A stretch of DNA of 38,282 bases from a virus. Positions 15,660 to 23,550 of this stretch are shown in pieces (position 1 is the stretch's first letter; each line of letters begins with the position of its first letter). Where the stretch lies: the IMG/VR virus record IMGVR_UViG_3300045988_096863. One strand, 5' to 3'. Both the position numbers and the translations under genes were made by a program. The notes under the pieces were generated by a model that saw only the letters and a program-made list of their open reading frames with translations, was not told the DNA's origin and did not search any database.

Positions 15660-15688
15660 GTTTTCGTCCTCCTTTACTTGATATTTAT

Positions 15689-15717
15689 ATTATAGTGGCA
15701 CCGTACCACAAAGTCAA
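15689..15717 (-). promoter_or_regulatory. Near-consensus promoter TTGACT-17-TATAAT with palindromic spacer GTGGTACGGTGCCAC (15695..15709)
   Basis: Minus strand reads TTGACTTTGTGGTACGGTGCCACTATAAT. It lies just downstream of the early terminator. Confidence 0.75.
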
Positions 15718-15734
15718 CAATTGTTTTTAATTAA

Positions 15735-15764
15735 ATAAAAAAGTTCTCACCGTTAAGTGAGAAC
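15735..15764 (-). terminator. Rho-independent terminator ending the early/tRNA transcript
   Basis: GTTCTCAC-TTAACG-GTGAGAAC followed by TTTTTTATTT. Confidence 0.85.
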
Positions 15765-15772
15765 ATACGTTA

Positions 15773-15844
15773 TACTCGTAGATTGGCTTGAACAATCGAC
15801 CCCTCAATTATAAGTTGAGCGCTCTACCCCTGAGCTATACGAGT
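15773..15844 (-). tRNA. tRNA-Ile, anticodon UAU (reads AUA)
   Basis: Hand fold gives a full cloverleaf: ACTCGTA TA GCTC AGGGGTA GAGC G CTCAA CTTATAA TTGAG GGGTC GATTG TTCAAGC CAATC TACGAGT A. CCA is not encoded. Confidence 0.8.
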
Positions 15845-15859
15845 AAATTATGAAATATA

Positions 15860-15963
15860 TGTGCTTGGTAGGGATTTGCACCCTACATGACTATCATTTT
15901 CCAAATCGGGCCGAAAAGTAATCATGATAGCCTACCTATGTCTACCTATTCCATCACAAGCAC
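15860..15963 (-). ncRNA. Aberrant tRNA-like element (104 nt)
   Basis: The acceptor stem GTGCTTG/CAAGCAC and the Leu-type D-arm ATG-GAATAGGTAGA-CAT are recognisable. The T-arm is GTAGGG-TGCAAAT-CCCTAC. The anticodon region is replaced by a roughly 50-nt bulged hairpin (GGCTATCAT...ATGATAGTC), and the T-loop has G at position 55. Confidence 0.45.
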
Positions 15964-16009
15964 ACGTTATACAGTTTTAGCCCTCATGAGTAGCCATGCT
16001 GCATAACAA

Positions 16010-16069
16010 TATCGCTGACGGGGATCGAACCCGCATTCCTTTGTGGCTTACCAATTAGCCCACAGCGAT
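16010..16069 (-). ncRNA. Truncated tRNA-like element lacking an anticodon arm (60 nt)
   Basis: ATCGCTG TG GGCT AATTGGTA AGCC ACAAAGGAAT GCGGG TTCGATC CCCGT CAGCGAT A. The acceptor stem, D-arm and T-arm are canonical, but only about 9 nt stand where the anticodon arm should be. Confidence 0.5.
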
Positions 16070-16079
16070 CACCAATCTG

Positions 16080-16211
16080 TCAATATAAATAGTATATCAA
16101 AACTAACATCAAAGCAATAGACACCCAACATGTTTTTGGCCTGTTTTTAACAATACGCGTTGCTAACATCGCCCATATACATGAAAAAATAAACGATAAT
16201 ATAAAAAGCAT
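16080..16211 (-). CDS. Small hydrophobic peptide (43 aa, 2 TM)
   Basis: MLFILSFIFSCIWAMLATRIVKNRPKTCWVSIALMLVLIYYLY. GGAGGATTAACAG precedes the ATG. Confidence 0.5.
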   Translation of the reverse strand: MLFILSFIFSCIWAMLATRIVKNRPKTCWVSIALMLVLIYYLY

Positions 16212-16214
16212 CTG

Positions 16215-16676
16215 TTAATCCTCCACAGTATATCCGTCTAGCCACGCAAGGGCAAACGTTTCCGAATCATCTTCCATATACTTATCAACCTTATTTGATT
16301 TAAAAGGATAATGTATAGCGTCCCAAATATCACAGTCGGTTGACTTCATATAATCAATGTATTCAGCAACATAATTCGGGATCACTGGTAATTCGGCATA
16401 CGTCTTCTTGAATATATCATCTGCAATCGGCCAGTGCTCACCATTTAAGCCGGTGGCAATCCAGTCACCTGGGTTAACTTTTAAGTCACCTTCGAGTGTT
16501 TTAATGTGCCAATTGTGCGACTGATGACCGTTTTCTAGTTCATCAACCATTGCACTAATCATTCCACTTGTTGTATGTTCATATTCTTTATCAAATACTC
16601 CTTCAGGGATTACACTATTTTCCGGATCAAACTGTTCAGCCTTGATAGTTGACGTTTTACGATAAATTTTAATCAT
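16215..16676 (-). CDS. Hypothetical protein
   Basis: 153-aa ORF. The C-terminal part resembles lactic-acid-bacteria phage proteins of unknown function; this is from memory only. Confidence 0.5.
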   Translation of the reverse strand: MIKIYRKTSTIKAEQFDPENSVIPEGVFDKEYEHTTSGMISAMVDELENGHQSHNWHIKTLEGDLKVNPGDWIATGLNGEHWPIADDIFKKTYAELPVIPNYVAEYIDYMKSTDCDIWDAIHYPFKSNKVDKYMEDDSETFALAWLDGYTVED

Positions 16677-16823
16677 TTAATTCCCTCCCATAATTTCAAC
16701 CGCAGCCATAGCTACTAACGTAATCAGTGCATTAACAATAACGAGCAACAACGGTGACTTGTATTTTCCAATTAGTAATGCGACAGCATTAAATGTGGTA
16801 ATAAACGAAATATATTCAATCAT
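16677..16823 (-). CDS. Small hydrophobic peptide (48 aa)
   Basis: MIEYISFITTFNAVALLIGKYKSPLLLVIVNALITLVAMAAVEIMGGN. ATGA overlap with the upstream gene. Confidence 0.5.
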   Translation of the reverse strand: MIEYISFITTFNAVALLIGKYKSPLLLVIVNALITLVAMAAVEIMGGN

Positions 16824-16996
16824 ATTTTTCCCTCACTATTTTTATAGTATTTACATATATAAGTAATAATCCATGTGTAAATTCCAAGCGCGACAATGTG
16901 AACCATACCGTTAATCATTCCAATTTCGAATGACATCACAATCCGATATAAAACCCATAAAGCGCCAAACGCAATGATAAAATTAATGATTTTCAT
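16820..16996 (-). CDS. Small membrane protein (58 aa from MKIINF...)
   Basis: GAGGAGAACGACA precedes ATG 16996. Two hydrophobic helices. Confidence 0.55.
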   Translation of the reverse strand: MKIINFIIAFGALWVLYRIVMSFEIGMINGMVHIVALGIYTWIITYICKYYKNSEGKI

Positions 16997-17825
16997 TGTC
17001 GTTCTCCTCATCGATCAATTTATCCAAATACCAACGTGCCTTGTTTAAATCTTCTAACCGTTTCCCCTTGTACGGTGCGCGGTCAATGTATTTATATACA
17101 TTGAACAACAAACCACCTTGATACGCATTCCAGTCGCTATTTTCAAGATGTTCCTTAATGTCATCAATCGTTTCACGGCCACCGTGGTTGTAATGTGATG
17201 GGTGATCGACAGTTTCATCAAGTGACGTATGAGTTTTTCTATACATTTCAATATTTGATTCTACTTGTTTTTCCGTATCTGAATCCTCGACATAAAACCC
17301 GTTTATGACCGTATGCAATTCACCGTTAAAATCACTGACAATCATGTCAATACCATTTTTATTTGGCAAGCAAGCATACATGTAGCCAATCATTTCAGAA
17401 ATAATGTATGGCTTATCTATAAGTTTTTCTCCGTCAAGTTCAACCATATTATCAGTAATACCAGTAATCAAACGCCATCTACCGTCAGTAAAAGGTACAT
17501 ATAATCCGACATGTAAAGACAATGGGTCATACATATGCCCATGAATCTGAATATCTGTTTGCTGACGCATGTCAATGGCAATGCGATGACTGTTATTATA
17601 TCTTAAAAGTTTACCAGATTGGTCACGCCAATATTTATCAGTACATGAATTATAATCAATGCAAGTTTTGACTGCTTTTTTTAAATTACGTCCTCGCACG
17701 ACAACCTCGTCAAAATTACTAGCCACAATTCCTGGAACATACTTTTTAGTTCCAACATAATTATACCAATTTGAACTTGGTACTTTCACAAGTAATTCAC
17801 CATTATTATCTTTTAAAGCTTTCAT
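16983..17825 (-). CDS. Hypothetical protein with DUF3310-like C-terminal domain
   Basis: C-terminus DHPSHYNHGGRETIDDIKEHL...NVYKYIDRAPYKGKRLEDLNKARWYLDKLI. Confidence 0.5.
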   Translation of the reverse strand: MKALKDNNGELLVKVPSSNWYNYVGTKKYVPGIVASNFDEVVVRGRNLKKAVKTCIDYNSCTDKYWRDQSGKLLRYNNSHRIAIDMRQQTDIQIHGHMYDPLSLHVGLYVPFTDGRWRLITGITDNMVELDGEKLIDKPYIISEMIGYMYACLPNKNGIDMIVSDFNGELHTVINGFYVEDSDTEKQVESNIEMYRKTHTSLDETVDHPSHYNHGGRETIDDIKEHLENSDWNAYQGGLLFNVYKYIDRAPYKGKRLEDLNKARWYLDKLIDEENDNENH

Positions 17826-18172
17826 CGTTTATCCTCCAATATCTTTAATTCATTTCTTACAATTTCAACGGCCTCTTCTGCAGACCTGCATACTCCATAG
17901 ATCACGTTCTTGTTTCTCAAACCGTTTGCAAAATTCACTTGGTCTTTACGCCTGTGTCCGATGGCTGTTTTAACCTCGATGAAAAATATTCGGCCGTTTT
18001 CAGGCTTGTAGCCCATTAGATCAGGGAAACCGCTCGGCAACCCCGTGTCGAACCATCTTCCGTCGGCAGTCTTAACTTTTCCTACGTTCGTCCTAAAAAC
18101 GATATAACCATGTTCTGCCAATGCAACACGTATGCTATCTTGGATAGCTTGCTCCTGTCCTTTAATCGTCAT
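17822..18172 (-). CDS. VRR-NUC family nuclease
   Basis: GFPDLMGY...IFFIEVKT is a PD-(D/E)XK core in a 116-aa protein. Confidence 0.65.
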   Translation of the reverse strand: MTIKGQEQAIQDSIRVALAEHGYIVFRTNVGKVKTADGRWFDTGLPSGFPDLMGYKPENGRIFFIEVKTAIGHRRKDQVNFANGLRNKNVIYGVCRSAEEAVEIVRNELKILEDKR

Positions 18173-18692
18173 ACGGGATCACCTCCCAAGCATTCAAGTG
18201 CATTACTGCAGCCACTTCGTTTGCTTCATTACGCGAATCGAAAATTTTTGCATCGTCTTTATTGACTACTAATGCTTCAGAACCATTAACATACATGCCG
18301 TAATAATCTTCTTTTACGATGAAATGTTCTGGTTCTTTACGCTTTATTTTTTTAAAAATGTCTGATTTTTCTAATAATGGAATTAATTCAACAAATTCAT
18401 TGAACGTATCTTTAATGGTTGCTTTCACTAGCACCTCGTCTCCTGGTTTTAAACTGTTAATGTCAATATCGTAAACATCACTGATTACTCTTGCAACAGA
18501 TCCTGAATAAAAATTATATGGGCTTCCTTCAATACTAAAAAGCGTAAGTTCGTTATCTAATTCATTAACTTCTGTAACTTTACCAGATTCTGGAAATCTA
18601 TCTTCCATAATTAATGCAGTATCATCAACACTCATATCTGCGTAATTCTTAAATTCAACAATATCTCCAACTTTTAACTTCATAGTTATCAC
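18162..18692 (-). CDS. Hypothetical protein
   Basis: 176-aa ORF. The start may be GTG 18692 or ATG 18683. Confidence 0.5.
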   Translation of the reverse strand: MITMKLKVGDIVEFKNYADMSVDDTALIMEDRFPESGKVTEVNELDNELTLFSIEGSPYNFYSGSVARVISDVYDIDINSLKPGDEVLVKATIKDTFNEFVELIPLLEKSDIFKKIKRKEPEHFIVKEDYYGMYVNGSEALVVNKDDAKIFDSRNEANEVAAVMHLNAWEVIPYDD

Positions 18693-18717
18693 TTAACCTT
18701 TCTTTTACTATATTAGT

Positions 18718-18746
18718 ATTATAACACTAATACTTATGGTTATAAA
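18718..18746 (-). promoter_or_regulatory. Early-type promoter P4: TTTATA-17-TATAAT
   Basis: Minus strand reads TTTATAACCATAAGTATTAGTGTTATAAT. It shares ATAAGTATTAG..T-TATAAT with P2. Confidence 0.6.
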
Positions 18747-20145
18747 GACGAAACACAAAACTTTTTTTAACGCCTAAATGCTGTGCGAATCCGTTCAGCT
18801 CTTCAATGCTACATATGCCTTTTTGTCTGATCGCAGCATTGATAGGTCGCCTTACGTTGCCAATGTTCATCACTTTACGCGCTTTAAAATGCTCGTAGAT
18901 AGAAATTAAACTATCTCCTTTTTCAACTTTACGGTTGGCTATCTCAACCATTTTAGCCTGTTCGATCTGCTTCTTGCCCTCTGCAGTACGTGGATCTGCT
19001 TCTGGTTTTAATTCTCCACAATACGGGCAACGATTGTCCACTGTCCAATCATAGAACACCTGATAGCAATGCTGGCATGTGTGTATATCTGGCGCATCTA
19101 CTTTGCCTTTTGAATTGTGGCCAGTCAAACTCCATTCGCGATCATCATCAGGCAAGCCAAAGCGCATGTAATTACCAGCGTGGTCAATAATTATAGCTTG
19201 CTTTCCAGGTAAATAACGCATACAACGCATGGTTGATTGGATATTGAATACCATAGAAGCAGTAGGGCGCGCGATCACACAGCACGAGCATTCTTTAACA
19301 TTGTACCCCTCGTCAAAAAGCGAATAATTACATAAAACCTGTATTTTACCAGTACGAAAATCAGCAACGATCTTATCTCGTTCGGCTTTTGGTGTCTTAG
19401 AATCAACGTGAGCGGCCTTTATACCGTGTTTAATAAACTCTGATGCTATTTCCTTGCTATGCTCGGTGCTGTACGCATAAACGATTGTGCGACGATCTGA
19501 AGCTTTATCATGCCATGTTTCATATATATCACCAAAGATAGTATCCGTAGCCGCATCCTTGATTGACGCTTGTGTGAAATCTCCATGTGCTTTTTTTAAC
19601 TTTTTTTCATCGAACAATTTAGCTCCATAGTAAGTAAACGGTGCTAAATGTTCATGATCTATTAGCCACTTTACGGTCGGGCCATATACAATCCCTTGAT
19701 AAATGTCATCAAATCCAGCCCCACTCATACGCCACAAACTTCCAGAAAAACCCAACCGCGGCACATCAGGCCAATGCTTGAAAATTTCTATATACGTTTT
19801 AGCCCTTGCATGTTGTGCTTCATCGGTAATGATTAAATCCGGTTTAGGTAAATCATTAATGCGATTTTTAACTTTTCCAACCATCATGACACTTGAAAAA
19901 TCTGGCGAAACATCTTGCTGATTTAAAGATTCTTTTATCTGGTCAACCAATTCTTGGCGATGGACAAAAAATAATACACGCTTGCCATTGTTTGTTGTCA
20001 TTCGAGCGATCTCGGCTATTACAACCGACTTACCCGCACCGGGCGGGGCAATCATTGCGATATTCTTAATTCCTGATCTCATTAATTTACGTGCATCATC
20101 AATCATCTTTTGTTGGTAATCGTACAGTTTAAACATTAATTTCAC
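18727..20145 (-). CDS. SF2 DEAD/DEAH-box DNA helicase with C-terminal zinc ribbon
   Basis: Walker A APPGAGKS, DEAQH box, and CQHC...CPYC. Confidence 0.8.
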   Translation of the reverse strand: MKLMFKLYDYQQKMIDDARKLMRSGIKNIAMIAPPGAGKSVVIAEIARMTTNNGKRVLFFVHRQELVDQIKESLNQQDVSPDFSSVMMVGKVKNRINDLPKPDLIITDEAQHARAKTYIEIFKHWPDVPRLGFSGSLWRMSGAGFDDIYQGIVYGPTVKWLIDHEHLAPFTYYGAKLFDEKKLKKAHGDFTQASIKDAATDTIFGDIYETWHDKASDRRTIVYAYSTEHSKEIASEFIKHGIKAAHVDSKTPKAERDKIVADFRTGKIQVLCNYSLFDEGYNVKECSCCVIARPTASMVFNIQSTMRCMRYLPGKQAIIIDHAGNYMRFGLPDDDREWSLTGHNSKGKVDAPDIHTCQHCYQVFYDWTVDNRCPYCGELKPEADPRTAEGKKQIEQAKMVEIANRKVEKGDSLISIYEHFKARKVMNIGNVRRPINAAIRQKGICSIEELNGFAQHLGVKKSFVFRLYNHKY

Positions 20146-20178
20146 CTACAATAAAAGGGCTTTTCAGCCCTTAATTTT

Positions 20179-20388
20179 TTAATATGCAAATTCTAAAAAC
20201 GCTTTGATAACTTGCTTTTCTTCGTCAACAGTTAACGCTTCGTAATCTTCATCAATTGATTCCGTATTTTCATTATTAAAAAAATCACAAATTGATCCGA
20301 TTGGATATCCATTGCCACAATTAGAATCATATTCCATCAATTCGTCTAATACTCGCTGTGCTAGATCACTCATTTTATCATCTCCCAT
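20179..20388 (-). CDS. Hypothetical small, very acidic protein
   Basis: 69-aa ORF rich in D/E. Confidence 0.5.
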   Translation of the reverse strand: MGDDKMSDLAQRVLDELMEYDSNCGNGYPIGSICDFFNNENTESIDEDYEALTVDEEKQVIKAFLEFAY

Positions 20389-20849
20389 TAAAATGGTGCG
20401 CTGCTATCTTCATCTTTAGTTGTATCGACATTTACGGTTTGCAGATTGACGTTTCGGCGTGTTTTCCCTTTGTAAGTTTCTTCGGATAATTTAACCGTAA
20501 CACCAGTGCCAATCATCTGTTTAACCAAATATTCGAAGAATCCTTCAAGGTTGCTTGTTGCTTTTTCAACAGCCGTGTCACTGATTACTCCAGCTTCGTA
20601 ATATGGTGCGATTCTGAATGAAAGCTGGTTCTCATTCTTTTCCGGATCACTGTTGACGAACATTGTATCGACCAAAGTTGCTGGCTTATGGTTTTGATCT
20701 TCGACTTCATAAATGAATCGCCATACTTCAAAATCGGCCGCTGTACCGTGCTTGATGTTCTTCAATACACCATCGTAATTTCCTAACGGTAAATCCTCGT
20801 TGCTGATACGGTTGTTTGCGTTTGCCTTGATCTTATCTAATAGTCCCAT
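20388..20849 (-). CDS. Putative single-stranded DNA-binding protein
   Basis: ATG 20849 follows AAGGAGGAAACAAAAC. The C-terminus ...TTKDEDSSAPF resembles the acidic SSB tip ending in PF. It lies within the recombination/replication module. Confidence 0.5.
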   Translation of the reverse strand: MGLLDKIKANANNRISNEDLPLGNYDGVLKNIKHGTAADFEVWRFIYEVEDQNHKPATLVDTMFVNSDPEKNENQLSFRIAPYYEAGVISDTAVEKATSNLEGFFEYLVKQMIGTGVTVKLSEETYKGKTRRNVNLQTVNVDTTKDEDSSAPF

Positions 20850-21030
20850 GTTTTGTTTCCTCCTTGATTTCTTCGATGATAGCAACAATTTGATCGCGCT
20901 TTTCTTTTTTCAATGGCTTAATTAACATATTCATATAAGCCCCGGTCGTGATTCCCAATTTATCTGCAATTAATCGATACGGAACTCGGAATGACATAGA
21001 TCTTATATCTTCGTTAGCGTGTTTCTGCAT
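20833..21030 (-). CDS. Small HTH protein
   Basis: ATG 21030 follows GAAGGAGG. The segment RLIADKLGITTGAYMNML looks like an HTH. Confidence 0.5.
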   Translation of the reverse strand: MQKHANEDIRSMSFRVPYRLIADKLGITTGAYMNMLIKPLKKEKRDQIVAIIEEIKEETKHGTIR

Positions 21031-21060
21031 TGAGCTAACCTCCTTCAACTTTATGTGATA

Positions 21061-21089
21061 ATTATAATACTAATGTGATTGAGTGTCAA
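21061..21089 (-). promoter_or_regulatory. Consensus promoter P3: TTGACA-17-TATAAT
   Basis: Minus strand reads TTGACACTCAATCACATTAGTATTATAAT. Confidence 0.8.
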
Positions 21090-21097
21090 GTGTTTTC

Positions 21098-22966
21098 TTA
21101 GATCTTTCTTGCGTCCCAGCGCCTAGCGAAACGCTCAATTTCTGATTTTTCACATTGTGATGCCCTTAGGATTTCCAATGCCAAGTCTTCATCGTTGGCC
21201 TCTTTCGCCCGTTGGAGTGCCCAATAAGTGATCGAATTTCTGTTACCAACCGCAGCCGAAGATACACGATCAACGATTCCGCTTGTGTCCCGTGGTAATG
21301 AAGCATTCAACGGTTTGTAATTGATGATGATATTCTTGCCACCAATGAAATATCGATGCGCAATTGCTTCGCATGTCGGGTCAATATCATCTTTCAATAA
21401 CTTCCCGATTTTAATTACATTTTCACGATATTCGTCAGCATTATTGCTTTCAATCCCTGGCAATACAACCCGATAACGCAATTTATCTGGTTTACTGCTT
21501 GAAGTTTCGTAGGCAATAAACGCATACGGTAACTTGATTTCTTTCAAAGATTTCAACTTGGATTCATCAACATCAAGGACAATTCCCGTTGCCTTATCGA
21601 TTTCATCAGTTCTAACTCCTGTGCCAGTGAATAGACCAAACATCGCTTGTTCTTCTTTAGGCGTGTCATTAGCCGCCTCAATGTTATCCGACATACTCCC
21701 GAACGTGGTTTTGATCTTCTTTGGTTTAGTGTCTTTAAGCCCAGTCAACATTGAAATGTTAAATTCATCGAATGAACTCTGATCAGGCAACCCATCTTTT
21801 TTATTTTCAGCAAAATAGCCATAAATCACCAAATCATCAACCCGTTTAGTCTTAGGCCCATCAGGATATGCCATCTTAACAATATCCTTACCGAATTCTT
21901 TTTTTAGTGATCCTGCTTTGACCGCACCCATTGCATTCACATACTTTTTGCATTCATCGATTTTGCTATCGAGCTTATTACTCCATCTGTTTTTGACATC
22001 GAATAGCTTGGTTGGCTTTTCGTAATTAACGTAGTTTAAAATTTCAGCCACATCTAAATTATGAAGCTCGTTTAATTCGTCAAACGTAAAATCTGGTAAC
22101 GTATGATCCAATCGAATTAAAATCAATCGCTTTGATACTTGCGGTGAAGCGAAATATTCTTCTTCCGTGTTAGTAGCAATAACCGATGAACCACTATACG
22201 TTTTAAAGTCACGCTCGCCTTGCTTGGCTGTCATACTAGCCATGCGTTGATTCATGAAATTTTTGATAAAATCCGGTGAAATCGGTTGTGATTCGTCATC
22301 GTCATCGGTAATAACTAAGAATTTACCGTTAACCATGCCATTCCATACGCCAGCATCAAAACTGAAAGCCTTACGCGTTTGAACGTTGGCATCAATCCGA
22401 TAATATAGTGTGTCAAGCGCATTCGTGATGATCGTTTTACCAGTTGACGGAGCGAACCCGAACATCAAATGCTTGCGCAATCCAGACTTTTGATTGTCAA
22501 ACGGATATTTCATAATATCAGACCAAACACCTTTATACGTTTCAGATTCCAAAAAATCAATGAATTTTTCTAGCGGTTTGCACGGGACTGTCATAGCCTC
22601 ATCAACCGGTGCATAATCTTTAAATTCGGTAACTTTTTTAGCAATCACCATCAAAACATCGTGCATCAATTCGGCCGCTTCATCGGTTGCCTTTTTAGTA
22701 CGTGGGTAAGCGACATCTTTAATCATGTCACGAAGTTCGCTTACATCGTACCTCAATTCCCGAATCGTAAATTCAGCAGTCAATGATCCGTAGACTAGCT
22801 TTAATTCGTTTACATTTACGTTCTTAGCCGTTTTAGCTAGGGCTGCGAACGTTTTATCGCTGTCGTCTTCTAAGCCTTGAATAGCTCTGTAAGCGCGATA
22901 CACGCGAGGCGAAAATTTTTCATTGTTTGTGTTGTCCGCAATTGCATACTCTCTTAGTGTTTGCAT
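21098..22966 (-). CDS. Replication protein: P-loop NTPase of the primase/helicase (D5/VirE-like) type
   Basis: Walker A GFAPSTGKT and Walker B LVITDDDDE. Large (about 620 aa) and located in the replication module. The exact family was not verified. The start is ATG 22966 (AAGGA RBS) or ATG 22975. Confidence 0.55.
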   Translation of the reverse strand: MQTLREYAIADNTNNEKFSPRVYRAYRAIQGLEDDSDKTFAALAKTAKNVNVNELKLVYGSLTAEFTIRELRYDVSELRDMIKDVAYPRTKKATDEAAELMHDVLMVIAKKVTEFKDYAPVDEAMTVPCKPLEKFIDFLESETYKGVWSDIMKYPFDNQKSGLRKHLMFGFAPSTGKTIITNALDTLYYRIDANVQTRKAFSFDAGVWNGMVNGKFLVITDDDDESQPISPDFIKNFMNQRMASMTAKQGERDFKTYSGSSVIATNTEEEYFASPQVSKRLILIRLDHTLPDFTFDELNELHNLDVAEILNYVNYEKPTKLFDVKNRWSNKLDSKIDECKKYVNAMGAVKAGSLKKEFGKDIVKMAYPDGPKTKRVDDLVIYGYFAENKKDGLPDQSSFDEFNISMLTGLKDTKPKKIKTTFGSMSDNIEAANDTPKEEQAMFGLFTGTGVRTDEIDKATGIVLDVDESKLKSLKEIKLPYAFIAYETSSSKPDKLRYRVVLPGIESNNADEYRENVIKIGKLLKDDIDPTCEAIAHRYFIGGKNIIINYKPLNASLPRDTSGIVDRVSSAAVGNRNSITYWALQRAKEANDEDLALEILRASQCEKSEIERFARRWDARKI

Positions 22967-22968
22967 GG

Positions 22969-23550
22969 CTACCATCCTTTGCGAATCTTGTGTAATTTAT
23001 TATTAATAGCGTCAGTAGCTTTATCATCGTCGTTCACGAACCAAAATCCGGACGTTTGCTTGATTCTACCTTTAATGACGCTGTTAATGTTTCCTACGTT
23101 AGCCCCAAGTGCTTGTCCAGCTTCGCTTTGTGACTTAAATTTAGATACTTCCAATGTAGCTAAATTGAGCGCTAACACAGGTTTACTTTTAGCTTTCCCG
23201 TATTTCTCTTGATATTGGCTGTTATATTTTGCCGTACACCACTCTAAATTATCAACATTATTATTTGTTCTGTCGCAATCACGATGATTTACCATTGGGA
23301 AACTGTTAGGGTTAGGCAAAAAAGTTTGAGCTACAATACGGTGAACTGTTTTCCTAGTCCATTTACCATCAACTTTGATATTTACTTGCAGATATCCTTT
23401 GCTGTTGTCAAATTGTTTTAAAACTCGTCCTTTTATGAATCGTGTATATTTTCCGCTTGGTACCACTTTATCTAATGTCCGTACTCTTCCAAAAGTGCTT
23501 ACTTCTAGCTTTTCAATTTCTGGGTTTTTTTTCCAGATTTCTGTTTCCAT
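22969..23550 (-). CDS. NUMOD4/HNH_3 homing endonuclease (intact paralogue)
   Basis: METEIWKKNPEIEKLEVSTFGRVRTL...HRIVAQTFLPNPNSFPMVNHRDCDRTNNNVDNLEW... Confidence 0.85.
   Translation of the reverse strand: METEIWKKNPEIEKLEVSTFGRVRTLDKVVPSGKYTRFIKGRVLKQFDNSKGYLQVNIKVDGKWTRKTVHRIVAQTFLPNPNSFPMVNHRDCDRTNNNVDNLEWCTAKYNSQYQEKYGKAKSKPVLALNLATLEVSKFKSQSEAGQALGANVGNINSVIKGRIKQTSGFWFVNDDDKATDAINNKLHKIRKGW

Noticed and set aside
15860-15963. Calling this element a type II (long variable arm) tRNA-Leu/Ser
   Set aside because: I could not fold a 5-bp anticodon stem with a 7-nt loop. The element is 104 nt long, the T-loop has G55 and the T-stem has 6 bp. It is kept only as a tRNA-like element.
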